64,000 bases of DNA, from contig OZ237746.1 of NCBI GenBank assembly GCA_965178125.1, positions 682,001 through 746,000 on the forward strand, in the 5' to 3' direction. This DNA is from Bilabrum cf. latius (lineage: Eukaryota). The stretch's first letter is position 1. Every line of letters starts with the position of its first letter. Positions 37,201-49,022 of the stretch are shown here, piece after piece. Position numbers and translations under genes: made by a program. Under the pieces are notes generated by a model. It searched no databases. It saw only the letters and a list, made by a program, of their open reading frames with translations, and was not told the DNA's origin.

Positions 37201-40200
37201 GTGCTTCATCCCTCTTGTCAGACCTCAGCAGTAGCACTAGCCCTGGCACAGCCCCGGCCTCCACGATGGCATCACGATGAGCATCCGATCCACCAGCTAC
37301 GTTGCGAATAGCCGCGGCTGCATCGCGTGCTTCATCCCTCTTGTCAGACCCCAGCAGTCCCACCAAGTACGCCACACCCCCTGCAGCCACCAATACACTG
37401 CGAAGATGCGGCTCGCTTGCGCACACTTGGATTATCTCCAATACTGTAGCGGTCTCTCCATCGCTGATCATACCGCGAATGCCGGCCGCGACCGCGTCCT
37501 TGTGGGCATCCGATCCCGAGGCCAACATGGATTCCAGAACCGCATTGGCGGGTCCTCGGGGCATGAAGCTTGCTGTCGGTTGCAATAGTCTCACAAGCCC
37601 TGGCACAGCCCCGGCCTCCACGATGGCATCACGATGAGCATCCGATCCACCAGCTATGTTGCGAATAGCCTCGGCTGCATCGCGTGCTTCATCCCTCTTG
37701 TCAGACCCCAGAAGTCCCACCAAGTACGCCACACCCCCTGCAGCCACCAATACACTGCGAAGATGCGGCTCGCTTGCGCACACTTGGATTATCTCCAATA
37801 CTGTAGCGGTCTCTCCATCGCTGATCATACCGCGAATGCCGGCCGCGACCGCGTCCTTGTGGGCATCCGATCCCGAGGCCAACATGGATTCCAGAACCGC
37901 ATTGGCGGGTCCTCGGGGCATGAAGCTTGCTGTCGGTTGCAATAGTCTCACAAGCCCTGGCACAGCCCCGGCCTCCACGATGGCATCACGATGAGCATCC
38001 GATCCACCAGCTAGGTTGCGAATAGCCTCGGCTGCATCGCGTGCTTCATCCCTCTTGTCTGACCCTAGAAGTCCCACCAAATACGGCACAACCCCCGCAG
38101 CCACAACTATGTTGCACATTTCAATTCCTAGAGTACATTGTTTAATAGTCTAGGAGCTATATGCTGTATCTGCGCTGCTCATTATCTAGCGAAAGGCCAG
38201 TATGGCTGCTTCATTCAAAATGCCATTCTGAATAGTACGCGCCAAGCTCCGTAGATCAGGGCAGCCGACCAATTCCCTAATGGCGGTTGCCATTACAGTT
38301 AGTGTTTGCGCGGAAAATCCTTCACAAGTCGTTGAAATCCGTGATAGACACCGGGTCAAGTCCTCCCTTGCTTCAATGAGACTTGGGTGATCGACACCGC
38401 GCGCGCGAGCCAACAATTTCATGCGACTCAAGTGAGTCTCCATGGATTCATCTAGCTTGCTGGCCCTTTCCTACTCTCTGGCTAATATGCCCAATACAGC
38501 TATGTATCTGGGATGGTCCTTGCCCTTGCTAGTGGCCAGAGTGTCAGCTTGCAACTATAATTGCGCTAGACTTGGTTTGTCGTTGCCCTAGACTGAATTA
38601 GAACCGATTGCATGGATTTTATCCCGTTGGACACCAATGCAGCTCTGCATGACTTGTCTACCGAATTCATGGAGCCCTAACTCCTTGATCAATGCGCTCA
38701 CTGACTATATGCGGTCTCTGTCCTGCGTGGGTCTGTCACTTTGCATGGGAAAACCCAGCTATGTCTCGAGGCCGATGATCCTGACTAGAGCTTTAGCAGC
38801 AATGTCCTCAAATGCAGCCGCAGAAGCACCCAGTCGAGCCAATGCTAGTAATATATCTTTTTCCCCCGATCCACCTACCCGTTGCACATGCGCCAGCTCC
38901 CGCATCAGGGCATGCATGCTCTCCTTTCGGCGAGTCTCGTCGGTGAATCCGTCGACACCTCTTTTTGCAAGCCCTGTTGCTAGAGCCTGCCGTACGCCCA
39001 CGGCAGTTGACGCTTCTGTAGTAGATCTATGCTGTGTATCGACCTATTTGGTATCAAAATGATTGGGCAAAAAGGCGCGATCCAGGGGCAGCATCGCTCC
39101 CTTCGCTGCAAAGGCTCGCGCTGCCCCGGCAATTACAGCTACTTCCGCTTTGTCTATACCGAGGATGCGACCCATGGTATATTCGCATGCCATGAGTGCT
39201 TGTGCGCTGGGCGTACCAGGGGACGGGAGGCAGCACGCCCAGGCAACTCGCGACAGGGCTGCTTCTCTTCCGGATATCAAAGCCCCGATATGCCTCAGGC
39301 ACAATCCTCGCTCCCGAAGCACACTCTTTGCTGCCTAGCGTACCTGCAGCCAACTCGGGTCAGATCCACTGGCCTCATTCAAGTGGTCTACTTTATGTTG
39401 AAGCGCATCAGCGGCCTCATTGAGTCTTTTCGGTATCTGCAGTGTCTCGGTAACAAGTTTAAGGTTTGCCCTATGTGCCTTATTATGATCATGACCCTGC
39501 CTTAGCACACAGTCAGGGGCCACTCGTGGAAGGTCCAGCTCTTTTGCCACCTTCGCCGCCTCTGGTGGCATCATGCAAGTCAGGTGTGGGGTCCTGCCAA
39601 AATACCACCGAGGGCATGAGCACACAATCGCAAGCCGCTGTCCTCTTGATTTGCACCCCTCAAAGATAGCACAACCTGCCCCGGGGTGCTCCGCAACAAG
39701 TGATACGCCGGCAGAATCGATTTCTGCATCCGTACCTGCCTCGTGCATCAGCACCTCGGCCACAGCGGCCTCCAGTCTGCGGGCCTGCCGCTCCCAAACT
39801 GATTGCAGCCGGGCCCTAAATTGAAGCGAGTTTGCATGCTCCCATGTGGCGCCCTGCATTCGCTCCATGGCCCGTGTCCTCGCGGCACTAGGGAGCTCAA
39901 GAGATTCACGAAGCGGGACACCTGCTGCCATAATCGTACCAGTGAGTCCCGACTCAATGCTACCGGAAGAAGCGCTTCTCGCACCACGTCGGATTGCCCA
40001 GACTCGGGGCCTGCTTGCTGGGCTGCGATGATCCCACATCTTGCTGATCCAGTGCAGGTCAGGCATCAGCAGCCTATGCGTGTCCACCACGACCCCTGCA
40101 CCGCTTGGCAACTGGTGTAGCTCAACGTCGAACGGGAGTTGGTGCGTCACAGGCTGCCTCACCTATTGAGACGAGGTGTTGTGCATCACTTCTATTGCAT

Positions 40201-43200
40201 CCAAGCCAAGTATTGCTCCCTGCACCATAACATCTGACGCTCCTTTAGTTACGGCAGTGTGAGATGACTCGACGAAAGAGACAAGTCGTTCACGATCGGC
40301 CCGATAGCGCCTGTTCCGGCCCTACTCAGCGTCGCTCTGGATACCACCCTACTAACCCTATTGCCAAGTGCTTTGCCAGTTACGGTCCATGTCAAATATG
40401 CCCCAGATATTTGGCATTTGTGTCACAGTCCTCTGATACGAGTGCGACACTCTGGTAGTTGTGGCATCGTCTCGGCGCCACAGCAGCCCGATGGGCGCAA
40501 TGTGGAAGTGCTACGCCAGCGGCTCCACTACATCGCTCGTCTGCTCGTCATCCGTGTGCAGGGTCTTCGCACCATCGGAGGATCCAACACGGAGAGTATC
40601 TGAGCCTATTGGGAGCTTTGCCTACACCTGCACCCGCTGGATTGCATGATGCCCGCTCCCAGAAGCAGGACGGTAGGGCACATCCATGACGGTGGTGAGC
40701 GCGGCATTAACGTGCAGCGAGTCCAACTGATGCACCCATTCGGCTGCTTTTGCCTCGAGTTTCATGACCTTGGCCGCCATGACTGCGCTGCCATATATGC
40801 CATCTGGGTCAGGTGTCTTCAGGAAGAGCCCTCTCTGCTCATGGATCAGCTTGGCACCTCCTGCCACGCCACCCACAGCAGCACCCGCCCTCTTCAGTCC
40901 ATCGGCAAAGGTTCCTACTGTTTCCGTGTCATCACTTCGATGTGCCAGTCCGAGCACCTGTGGCACCAGCAAGGCCGTCCTCCTTGCATCTCTCACGAAA
41001 TCCTCGCCCACTCTCTCAATCGCCTCGCGCCGCTCCTACTGTTCATCGATGTACACGGCTACTCGGCGCTTTGCCTCGCTGAACAGCCTTTGGGGGTCCT
41101 TGGCGGGCTCTTCTTTCAATTCAACCGGGCGAGTGTCAGCGCTAGTGCTTGAAGAGACATCGGGTTCCGCTCTCTGGTTTGAAGCAGAGACAGCTTTCAC
41201 ATCGCCTCCGCCAGCACCTACCTGCGAGCCCCTCAACTCTGGATCGGGCCCTCCCGCCCCGCTCATAGGCCCTGGTGAACGCGGCCCACGGCTCGGGGCA
41301 TCTTTATGTCTCGAATCACTTAAAACAGATGAGTGCTTCTCGCCCGTCTCCTCCGTATCGCATACATGCGCCTGACCAGTTGCCATGCTCTTGGAAGTCG
41401 GTACCTCCACTTCGACCTGCAGCAAACCGAGCACTCGACGAAAGACTCCTGCCCCCGCTTGATCCACTTTGAGATACTCCTACAGCAATGACGGCTCCTT
41501 CAGCCCGTCAATAGAAGCATCGACAGCTTTAACAGCGTCTACAGCTTCTCTACAACCGCTGCAGGCCGTTCCAAGTGCCACCACAAGCATTCGAGCAATA
41601 TCGATGTCCGCGGACCCACCGGGGGCACCTGCTGCTGCAGCCGCATACACCCGTTCCTCTGTGTCCGAGGACCCACCGGGGGCACCTGCTGCTGCAGCCG
41701 TATACACCCGCTCCTCTGTGTCCGAGGACCCACCGGGGGCACCTGCTGATGCAGCCGCATACACCCGCTCCTCTGTGTCCGAGGACCCACCGGGGGCACC
41801 TGCTGATGCAGCCGCATACACCCGCTCCTCTGTGTCCGAGGACCCACCGGGGGCACCTGCTGCTGCAGCCGCATACACCCGTTCCTCTGTGTCCGAGGAC
41901 CCACCGGGGGCACCTGCTGATGCAGCCGCATACACCCGCTTCTCTGTGTCCGAGGACCCACCGGGGGCACCTGCTGCTGCAGCCGCATACACCCGCTTCT
42001 CTGTGTCCGAGGACCCACCGGGGGCACCTGCTGCTGCAGCCGCATACACCCGCTCCTCTGTGTCCGAGGACCCACCGGGGGCACCTGCTGATGCAGCCGC
42101 ATACACCCGCTCCTCTGTGTCCGAGGACCCACCGGGGGCACCTGCTGCTGCAGCCGCATACACCCGTTCCTCTGTGTCCGAGGACCCACCGGGGGCACCT
42201 GCTGATGCAGCCGCATACACCCGCTCCTCTGTGTCCGAGGACCCACCGGGGGCACCTGCTGATGCAGCCGCATACACCCGCTCCTCTGTGTCCGAGGACC
42301 CACCGGGGGCACCTGCTGATGCAGCCGCACACACCCGTTCCTCTGTGTCCGAGGACCCACCGGGGGCACCTGCTGATGCAGCCGCATACACCCGCTCCTC
42401 TGTGTCCGAGGACCCACCGGGGGCACCTGCTGCTGCAGCCGCATACACCCGCTCCTCTATGTCCGAGGACCCACCGGGGGCACCTGCTGATGCAGCCGCA
42501 TACACCCGCTCCTCTGTGTCCGAGGACCCACCGGGGGCACCTGCTGCTGCAGCCGCATACACCCGCTTCTCTGTGTCCGAGGACCCACCGGGGGCACCTG
42601 CTGCTGCAGCCGCATACACCCGCTCCTCTGTGTCCGAGGACCCACCGGGGGCACCTGCTGATGCAGCCGCATACACCCGCTCCTCTGTGTCCGAGGACCC
42701 ACCGGGGGCACCTGCTGCTGCGGCCGCATACACCCGCTCCTCTGTGTCCGAGGACCCCCCGGGGGCACCTGCTGCTGCAGCCGCATACACCCGCTCCTCT
42801 GTGTCCGAGGACCCACCGGGGGCACCAGCTGATGCAGCCGCATACACCCGCTCCTCTGTGTCCGAGGACCCACCGGGGGCACCTGCTCCAGTCTGACAGG
42901 CGCCTTCGCCTTCCTGCCCATTTTCACCTGCAACAATGCCTCTCAGCGGCAGGGTATCCACGATGGTATCTGCCAGCGTCATTCGGAATGCCCGGCCCTC
43001 CTCTGGCCAATTATCGCCGTCCTTGCCAGCCCCCAGCACCTCCATCGCCCAAGCAATGCAGCACACTGTTCGTGCACAGGCCATCCTCACTGACCTATCT
43101 CCGCCCCGCAAGCCAACGATGGCCGCGTCCAAAAGGCGCTGCCCCCAAGATACAGGCTCGATGCCTGCTTCGTGGGCCGCCATGGAGGCTGCAGTCCCGG

Positions 43201-43930
43201 CAGCGGCTTGGAAATCGTCCTCGTCAGGTGCCAGCACTGGCAGGTAGTCGTCATGCTCCTCCGTGATCTCACCATCAACCGGCTAGTACATGGATTTTCG
43301 ATCGCTGCCGTCCATGATTGCACCATAGCCGTAGTACGACACCGCATTCATGGTACTCCGCAGCCCAAACGAAGCGTTCAACAGCATGGGAAGCTCGAGA
43401 AGCACGCTCACGCAAGCATCGAGGCAGCTCGCGGACTCCGTCGGATGGTTTGTTGCCTGCCGTATACCGGCCTCAACAATATTTGCAGAATGCTGCAAGG
43501 CGCCACGCTTTGTAAGCGGGTGCTCGCAAAGCGCGGCTAGAAGTTGCCAGCTGTCGTCGACTTCATGGGAATCCGGCTCCTCTGAACAACGAGCAAGCAT
43601 ATCACCACAAATCCGCGATGCGACTTGATGCGTTCGTAAGTATACATTATCACCACTATTTGTGCCGGCATTTGGGCCTCTTAGCTCCCGTGTGAGCATT
43701 TCGGAGGCTTCCTCGACGCCTTCGGTACCGAGCTTCTCGAGAATGGACCTTGCAGCCTCAGCTGGAGCAATAGGAGCGATTAAAGTTGCGTCAATTGCAA
43801 GCATAGGAACATTAGAAAGCATCATAAAGCCAAAGTAGCGACAGTCAGTCTTTCGAATGGGCCAATGATCCTTGGATAGTCTGGGATCCTATTTTGCGTG
43901 GGGTTCCGGGGCGAGGGTGGCAAGAATCAT
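31263..43930 (-). CDS. Giant armadillo-repeat protein (~4050 aa after removing the 524-bp insertion; TAG=Gln) with a unique N-terminal half and a 19-aa tandem repeat
   Basis: Minus ORFs with 5' ends at 43825, 43237, 41467, 41011, 40162, 39322, 39001, 38443 and 38119 share a frame with ~20 TAGs and no TAA/TGA (gaps read by hand). The frame resumes after the 33692-34215 insertion and ends at TGA 31263-31265. ARM consensus AIVEAGAVPGLVRLLGS. Start uncertain: ATG 43930 preferred, 43825 or 43963 possible. Confidence 0.75.
31585..38085 (-). repeat. Tandem armadillo array: ~29 near-identical 126-bp units (31585-35790) plus a second subfamily interleaved with 5 copies of a ~77-aa module (35790-38085)
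   Basis: 126-bp periodicity of the cccttgtcagaccccagcagtcgcac...cacagccccggcctccacgatggcatcacgatgtgcatc block. Second block DKRDEARDAAEAIRN with LQPTASFMPRGPANAVLESM module x5. Confidence 0.95.
33692..34215. mobile_element. 524-bp insertion with TG...CA termini and no target-site duplication inside one ARM unit
   Basis: Removing 33692-34215 restores ctaacagcgagatgcagtagtgcacaagaa, identical to the intact unit at 32041. The insert starts TGAACC and ends TATAACA. Length mod 3 = 2 explains the frame change between ORFs 34187..38119 and 31263..33767. Confidence 0.75.
41605..42890 (-). repeat. Coding minisatellite, 57-bp unit (~22-23 copies) encoding AGAPGGSSDTEERVYAAA(A/S)
   Basis: Direct repetition of tccgaggacccaccgggggcacctgctg(c/a)tgcagccgcatacacccgctcctctgtg, in frame within the giant minus-strand gene. 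Confidence 0.95.
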
Positions 43931-44047
43931 TAAATTGCGCACCACAAAATCTGAATTAATCATTACTCCCAGAAAAAATATTCTTGTATTTTGGTCCCCT
44001 GTAGTACTTGAGAAGTATAATTACAACAAAAAGTCAACGTGCACCAT

Positions 44048-46432
44048 TCACGACAGGTCCTTGGCCACCTAGTACGTCGAGCTAACCCCAATCACCACCC
44101 CGCACACCAGCGTGCACCAAGCAGCCGCTCGCTCCCCGTGAGCCAGGATGCTCTCAGGATCATCCAGTGCATCGCTGCGCGCCAACGACCCGGAGCCACT
44201 GTCGACCTCATCTCTGCCATCTCCCACCTGCCACAACCCCTCTGCCTCGGCAGCGGTAGTCCCCCCTTCCTTCAATTCGTGCCGCAGCAGCAGGGGCACG
44301 CCTCCGCTCGTCGCACCCCCCACACTACCACTCGTCACACCCCCTGGATGCCTTCCTTGTTCCCTGGCCGCCCTCCACCTCCTTCTCGCGTCCAGCAGCA
44401 GAAACACCCCCGTGGGATAGATGAAGAACAGGTAGCACGCCCCAGTGGAGCCGAGCACCCTGAACACAACCGTGATGCTGGGCACGGCGATGGCAACTGC
44501 ATAGGCCAGCCCAAGCAGCACAAGAGAGATCCCAGCGCGCCGAGGCAGTCCCGACGTGCAGCTTTCCTCCTCCTCGTCCTTTTGGTTTTCTTGTTCCATT
44601 GCCTGACTTCCTTTCAAACTCAAGTCGCCTGGCTCCCCCATCGATTGCCCGGCTGCAGGTGGATTCGACCACCGCCCCAATCCACCGGTGGATCGATCTC
44701 CGGTGATTTCACCTTCAACGCCGGCCTGCAGCGACGGCGAGGACGACGGACCGCCGACCGGCCTCACACTCGTCACACCACCGGATGCAACGTGCACAGC
44801 CGCTGCCACGGCTGGCGGGCCCACCTGCAGGTCGGGAGGAGCGCCCGGTAATTGTCGCTCCGGATGATCCACCGGTTGCAACCTCCCCCCACCACCGGGC
44901 CCGTCACCCAGCAACCCTTCCCCCAGGTGACCCCTTCGTGACCCCAGGTGGGGGGATACCGCGAACCCCCAGAACCGCTCATCCTCCTGCGGGGCCACGA
45001 ACGTTCCACCACCGAGACTGCCGCTGCTCGCCCGGCGGGGTCCCATCCTCCCGGGGCTCTGAGCCGGAGCACCTGCTCCCCGGCTGGTCGCAAGCTGCAG
45101 GGTGCCACGCTCCGGGGTGCGTGGTTCCAGCAGCGCGTCTTCCCGGGCATATGAATGACCCCCTTCCGCCGATGCCCTCCCAGCAGCACTAGCACTGGTT
45201 GCAGCGTCCTGCGGTGCAACTGGATCACTCGTCACACCGCTTCCGGTCAGGTGCAGCGCAGGGGGGCCGCAGCACCTGCTCACGCAATCCTCCTCGTGTT
45301 GCTCCCCATCCCCACTCGTCACACCACTACCATCCCCACTCGTCACACTCCCACACGCCCCGTTCCTGACCCCAGTCCAAACCGCGACCGCTGCCGTCCT
45401 CGCCGGCCACAGCAAAAGCGGTTGCACCAGCAGTACGCTAAAGGCCAGCAGCAGCCTGCCAATGATGGAGCTCCAAGCCCTGTGCCCCAGCTCGCGGATG
45501 ATGTCCCCTTCAACGGGAAACGACCCCGGGAACCCCACCACGCCCGCCACGGAAAAGGTCCAGAACAGCCCGAAGCACGTGCTCACGGCAGCCACGAGAG
45601 TCACACGCGCGAACAGCCACGGCCGCTGCAGTGCCCTGGGCAGCTCGGCAAATATAGGCACCGCCTGCACTTGGCACCCGAGAGCGTACACGATTACCGG
45701 GGCGGCTGCCAGAAGACCTTCGGAGCTGAACGGGGACCACCGGCCCTGCTCACTCGTCACACCGTATCCACCGCTGTCACTCGTCACACCATCCGCGGTC
45801 GTTCTGCTCCTGGTGCGGAAGGCCCCCTTGTCCCCTGCGTGCTGGGCCCCCTCTGCCAGGACCAGGGACACCACGAAGAGAAGGGCGAGGAGGCTGAGCA
45901 CGCTGGAGTGCTGCAGCACGCTGATGGTCTTCACGGCGGAGAGGGGGAGTGCCACTGCTCCCATGGCTGCGGCGAGGATGATCTCGCTCTGTCCCAGCTT
46001 GGCTGGATGGTTCTCGTCGGTTTGCTCCGACGATCCAGAGTGGGAGAAGCGGTCACGCAGTCCGGAGATTCCGTCCGACAGACAGTCATGGCACAGAATG
46101 ACGAGAGAAGTAACGACTCCAAATAGAATGAGAGCGAGTATGAATTCGGTTGCGAGCCAGGCTCGTGCTCCGACCACGGCGCCGAGCTCCCCATACGTCC
46201 GGGCGCCACTAATCGAGGCGGCTCGAATCCCGAACCAAAGAGACAGCAAAGTAAGACCAACCGCACCGACAAGAAACATTGTAGCGGCAGCCAACCCTGC
46301 TTCTTGAAACGCGAGAGGAAGAGCAACTAAACCAGCCCCGATGGTCGAGCCCACAAGGGTAACAGCTCCATTCAGAAGCAAGCGCGTGCTGGGTCCACAG
46401 CATGGCTCCTACTCAAACGCCGTACTGTGCAT
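44048..46432 (-). CDS. Amino acid/auxin permease (Aa_trans, SLC38/AVT-like) with a long low-complexity loop
   Basis: TM1 motif STIGAGLVALPLAFQEAG, later PVIVYALGCQVQAVPIFAEL and VLGSTGACYLFFIYP. The nearest ATG upstream of TM1 (46432) is reached only through TAG 46409-46411. The C-terminus reads through TAG 44069 to TGA 44048-44050. Confidence 0.88.
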
Positions 46433-46575
46433 ACCCTGCGGTACTAGCTCCTGCAATAGTCCACCAGTTGCCTTTTGCTACTCCGATCGGAAATTCCAAT
46501 TTGCCTCACGACAACCGCTGTGGTGAAAATGCCACACTACGCGAGTGTTCGATGAACAAAAAACGAAAATTCACT
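46433..46575. promoter_or_regulatory. Putative compact bidirectional promoter
   Basis: 143-bp lower-GC spacer between divergent start codons of the permease (46432, minus) and P4H (46576, plus). Confidence 0.45.
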
Positions 46576-47889
46576 ATGAAACAAGTAGTATTACTGGCTG
46601 TACTAGTGCTGTTAGCAGAGTCGAGCTAGTCTTCCATGCTTGACGACAAGATTTTTAGTCTGCAGCTCTAGCTCGCGAAGCTACAAGCCGAAAAAGCCGC
46701 GATAAATCAGTCCAGCGTTGGCAGCACCGGGGACTCACGCCGTGGTCGTAGTGGAATACCCAGCATTCCGAGCTCAGTTACACAGGCTCTCGCGGGTGCC
46801 GGCGGCTATCCCGCGATTGTGTTTGAGAACGGAAGGGACGCCATCCACGCACCATAGCGTCTCGCTTACATCCCCAGGTTGTTCTCCGAAGACGAATGCG
46901 CGTATTTAATGCAAAAGGCCCAGCCAAATTTCGAAGCAAGCCTCGTGATGGGCTCCATGAAGGGCAAGGGGGACCGGCTCGAGGAGGTCACCAGGTCCTC
47001 GCAGACAGCCTACTTTGATGACGAGCGAGAGGATTAGACCCTGCGGCGGCTCATTCAAAGGATGCACTCCACGGCGACCATCCCCGTCCAATTCGGCGAG
47101 GACTTGCAGGTGACGCTATATCCGCCCGGCTCCAACTACACGCTGCATTTCGACTCGAGCCCCGGGGTGGGCCGGCTCGTCACGGTGCTCGTGTTCCTCA
47201 AAGACGTGGAGAAGGGCGGCCACACTGTGTTCCCCAAGTCGCGGGTCACCACCGTCGGCAGGCGGAAGCTGGACCTCATCGCTGCGGGCAAGTATGAGGC
47301 ACTGCTCCGATCGGATGGGACGGCCTCCAGTGTGGAGGAGCTGGACGAGGCGGAGCGATGGTGGGACGAGACCCTGGGGAACAGTGCGGCGAGGAGGCCG
47401 GCGCAGCTCGAGGCGGAGAAGGACTGGAAGTGGCGGTGGGCCCACAGACAGGGCAAGCGGGCCCAAGCGGAGAAGAATAAAAATGAGAGGAAGTAGAGAG
47501 GCATAGGGGAAGCGGCCAGCGATAGCGGTGTGACGAGTGATGATCCAGCGACAGCGCCACCATCAGAATTAGGGAATGCCCCGCTTCCAGAGCCCAAGCT
47601 CCCCACCCTGGGGAACCGCCCCAGCGCAGCGACACAGGCGGACATGGGCCCGTTCTGCGCGTCTCGTCGGGTCCTGTCGTTCGCCCCTCGACGGGGTGAC
47701 GCGCTCGTGTGGTACAGCCACAAGATGCAGCTGGAGATGGATTTCAACACGATGCACGGTGGCTGCCCTCCCCTTGAAGATGAAGAGAAATTCATCGCGC
47801 AGAGGTGGATGCGATGGTACCTCCCTGAGGACGGCAATTCCATGTACAGGCTGCTGAAGGAGTGCGGCGTGCTGCGGCCCGATCAGTGA
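46576..47889 (+). CDS. Secreted/ER prolyl 4-hydroxylase-like 2OG-Fe(II) dioxygenase, 437 aa (TAG=Gln)
   Basis: Signal peptide MKQVVLLAVLVLLA. Motifs LFSEDECAYL, RSSQTAYF, EDLQVTLY, HFD, GGHTVFP, RGDALVW, HGGCP and EKFIAQRW all lie in one frame across 5 TAGs, ending at TGA 47887-47889. Confidence 0.9.
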
Positions 47890-48186
47890 GCCAATGGCAA
47901 TTCCATGTACAGGCTGCTGAAGGAGTGCGGCGTGCTGCGGCCCGATCAGTGAGCCAATGGCAATTCCATGTACAGGCTGCTGAAGGAGTGCGGCGTGCTG
48001 CGGCCCGATCAGTGAGCCAATGGCAATTCCATGTACAGGCTGCTGAAGGAGTGCGGCGTGCTGCGGCCTGATCTGTGAGCCAATGGCAATTCCATGTACA
48101 GGCTGCTGAAGGAGTGCGGCGTGCTGCGGCCCGATCAGTGAGCCTATGGCAATTCCATGTACAGGCTGCTGAAGGAGTGCGGCGTG
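47833..48186 (+). repeat. 63-bp tandem repeat (~5.6 copies) duplicating the last codons and stop codon of the P4H gene
   Basis: Unit ggcaattccatgtacaggctgctgaaggagtgcggcgtgctgcggcccgatcagtgagccaat starts at 47833, 47896, 47959, 48022, 48085 and 48148 (partial). Confidence 0.95.
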
Positions 48187-48507
48187 CCGGGCAGGGTCAG
48201 CAGTTCGTTCGCGAACGTTCAGCTGATACTGGCGTGATCCTGCGATCGACCGGCGAGGGATCATTCCGGTTCGTGTCTACACTGGGAAAAAGAGAGATCA
48301 GCCACTGTGCTAGACATGCTTAGCACAGCATGTACAGACGCAGCGTAGTAGCCAGAAGCTTTCTTCTCTGACATGGCCGGGGGCACTGGCGGCGGCAGCT
48401 CATGACACAATCATTAGCCCGCAGCTTCAGAGAGACTTGGGTGACACGGCTACGCTGAGGCGGGCAGCCCTTGGGTGAGGCTGGCGTGGGCTAGCTCACT
48501 CCGTCCC

Positions 48508-48558
48508 CTGCTTGGCTGCTTGGCTGCTTGGCTGCTTGGCTGCTTGGCTGCTTGGCTG
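48508..48558. repeat. 8-bp microsatellite (CTTGGCTG)x6
   Basis: Direct reading of 48508-48558. Confidence 0.9.
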
Positions 48559-49022
48559 GCCCTGCCTGCCTGTCTGCTGCACACAGGCTCGGGGTGGATA
48601 TCGGGATCTACCTTAGAAAAAATTATCAATGAAGCGCAACTGTGGGCATCAGGTACCACTGCTTTTGGTGAAAAGCTTCATAGCATCCGCAATTCAAAAT
48701 ATATTTTCCGCATTAGGTCTGTTCGCGACCGGGACCACTGATGGCATCAGTTGCGACCGCCGGTTGCAACCGGATATCACACTCAGCGTTGAAAAAATAC
48801 TATCACCTTGTCTAGAGCCAACAATGGCGTATCGGGTATGTAGCGCTTAACAACTTGCTCAAACTCTTGTAATTTCGTGAATGTCGATCGGGTATCCTCA
48901 AGCAGAGTCCATTGAAGTAGCACGACCCGATTGCTTCCCACTAGCCGTTCCGTCGTTGTGCGACTTGCTCCATCCATCCCGCAACCTCACGTGCGCTTCG
49001 GCATGCTGCCTTATATTTGCAG

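Noticed and set aside
31582-37994. Long plus-strand ORFs (e.g. 31582..34308) over the ARM array, and the multiple ORFs over 41469-43266
   Set aside because: These are antisense or alternate-frame shadows of stop-poor tandem repeats. The minus frame gives a canonical ARM consensus.
47833-48186. CRISPR-like appearance of the 63-bp and 57-bp repeats
   Set aside because: Head-to-tail units with no unique spacers, no cas genes, and a eukaryotic context.
48600-49020. Candidate first exon(s) of the 49228 gene, or tRNA/ncRNA genes (including a suppressor tRNA-CUA) in intergenic gaps
   Set aside because: No consistent ATG/donor combination or cloverleaf could be established by eye.
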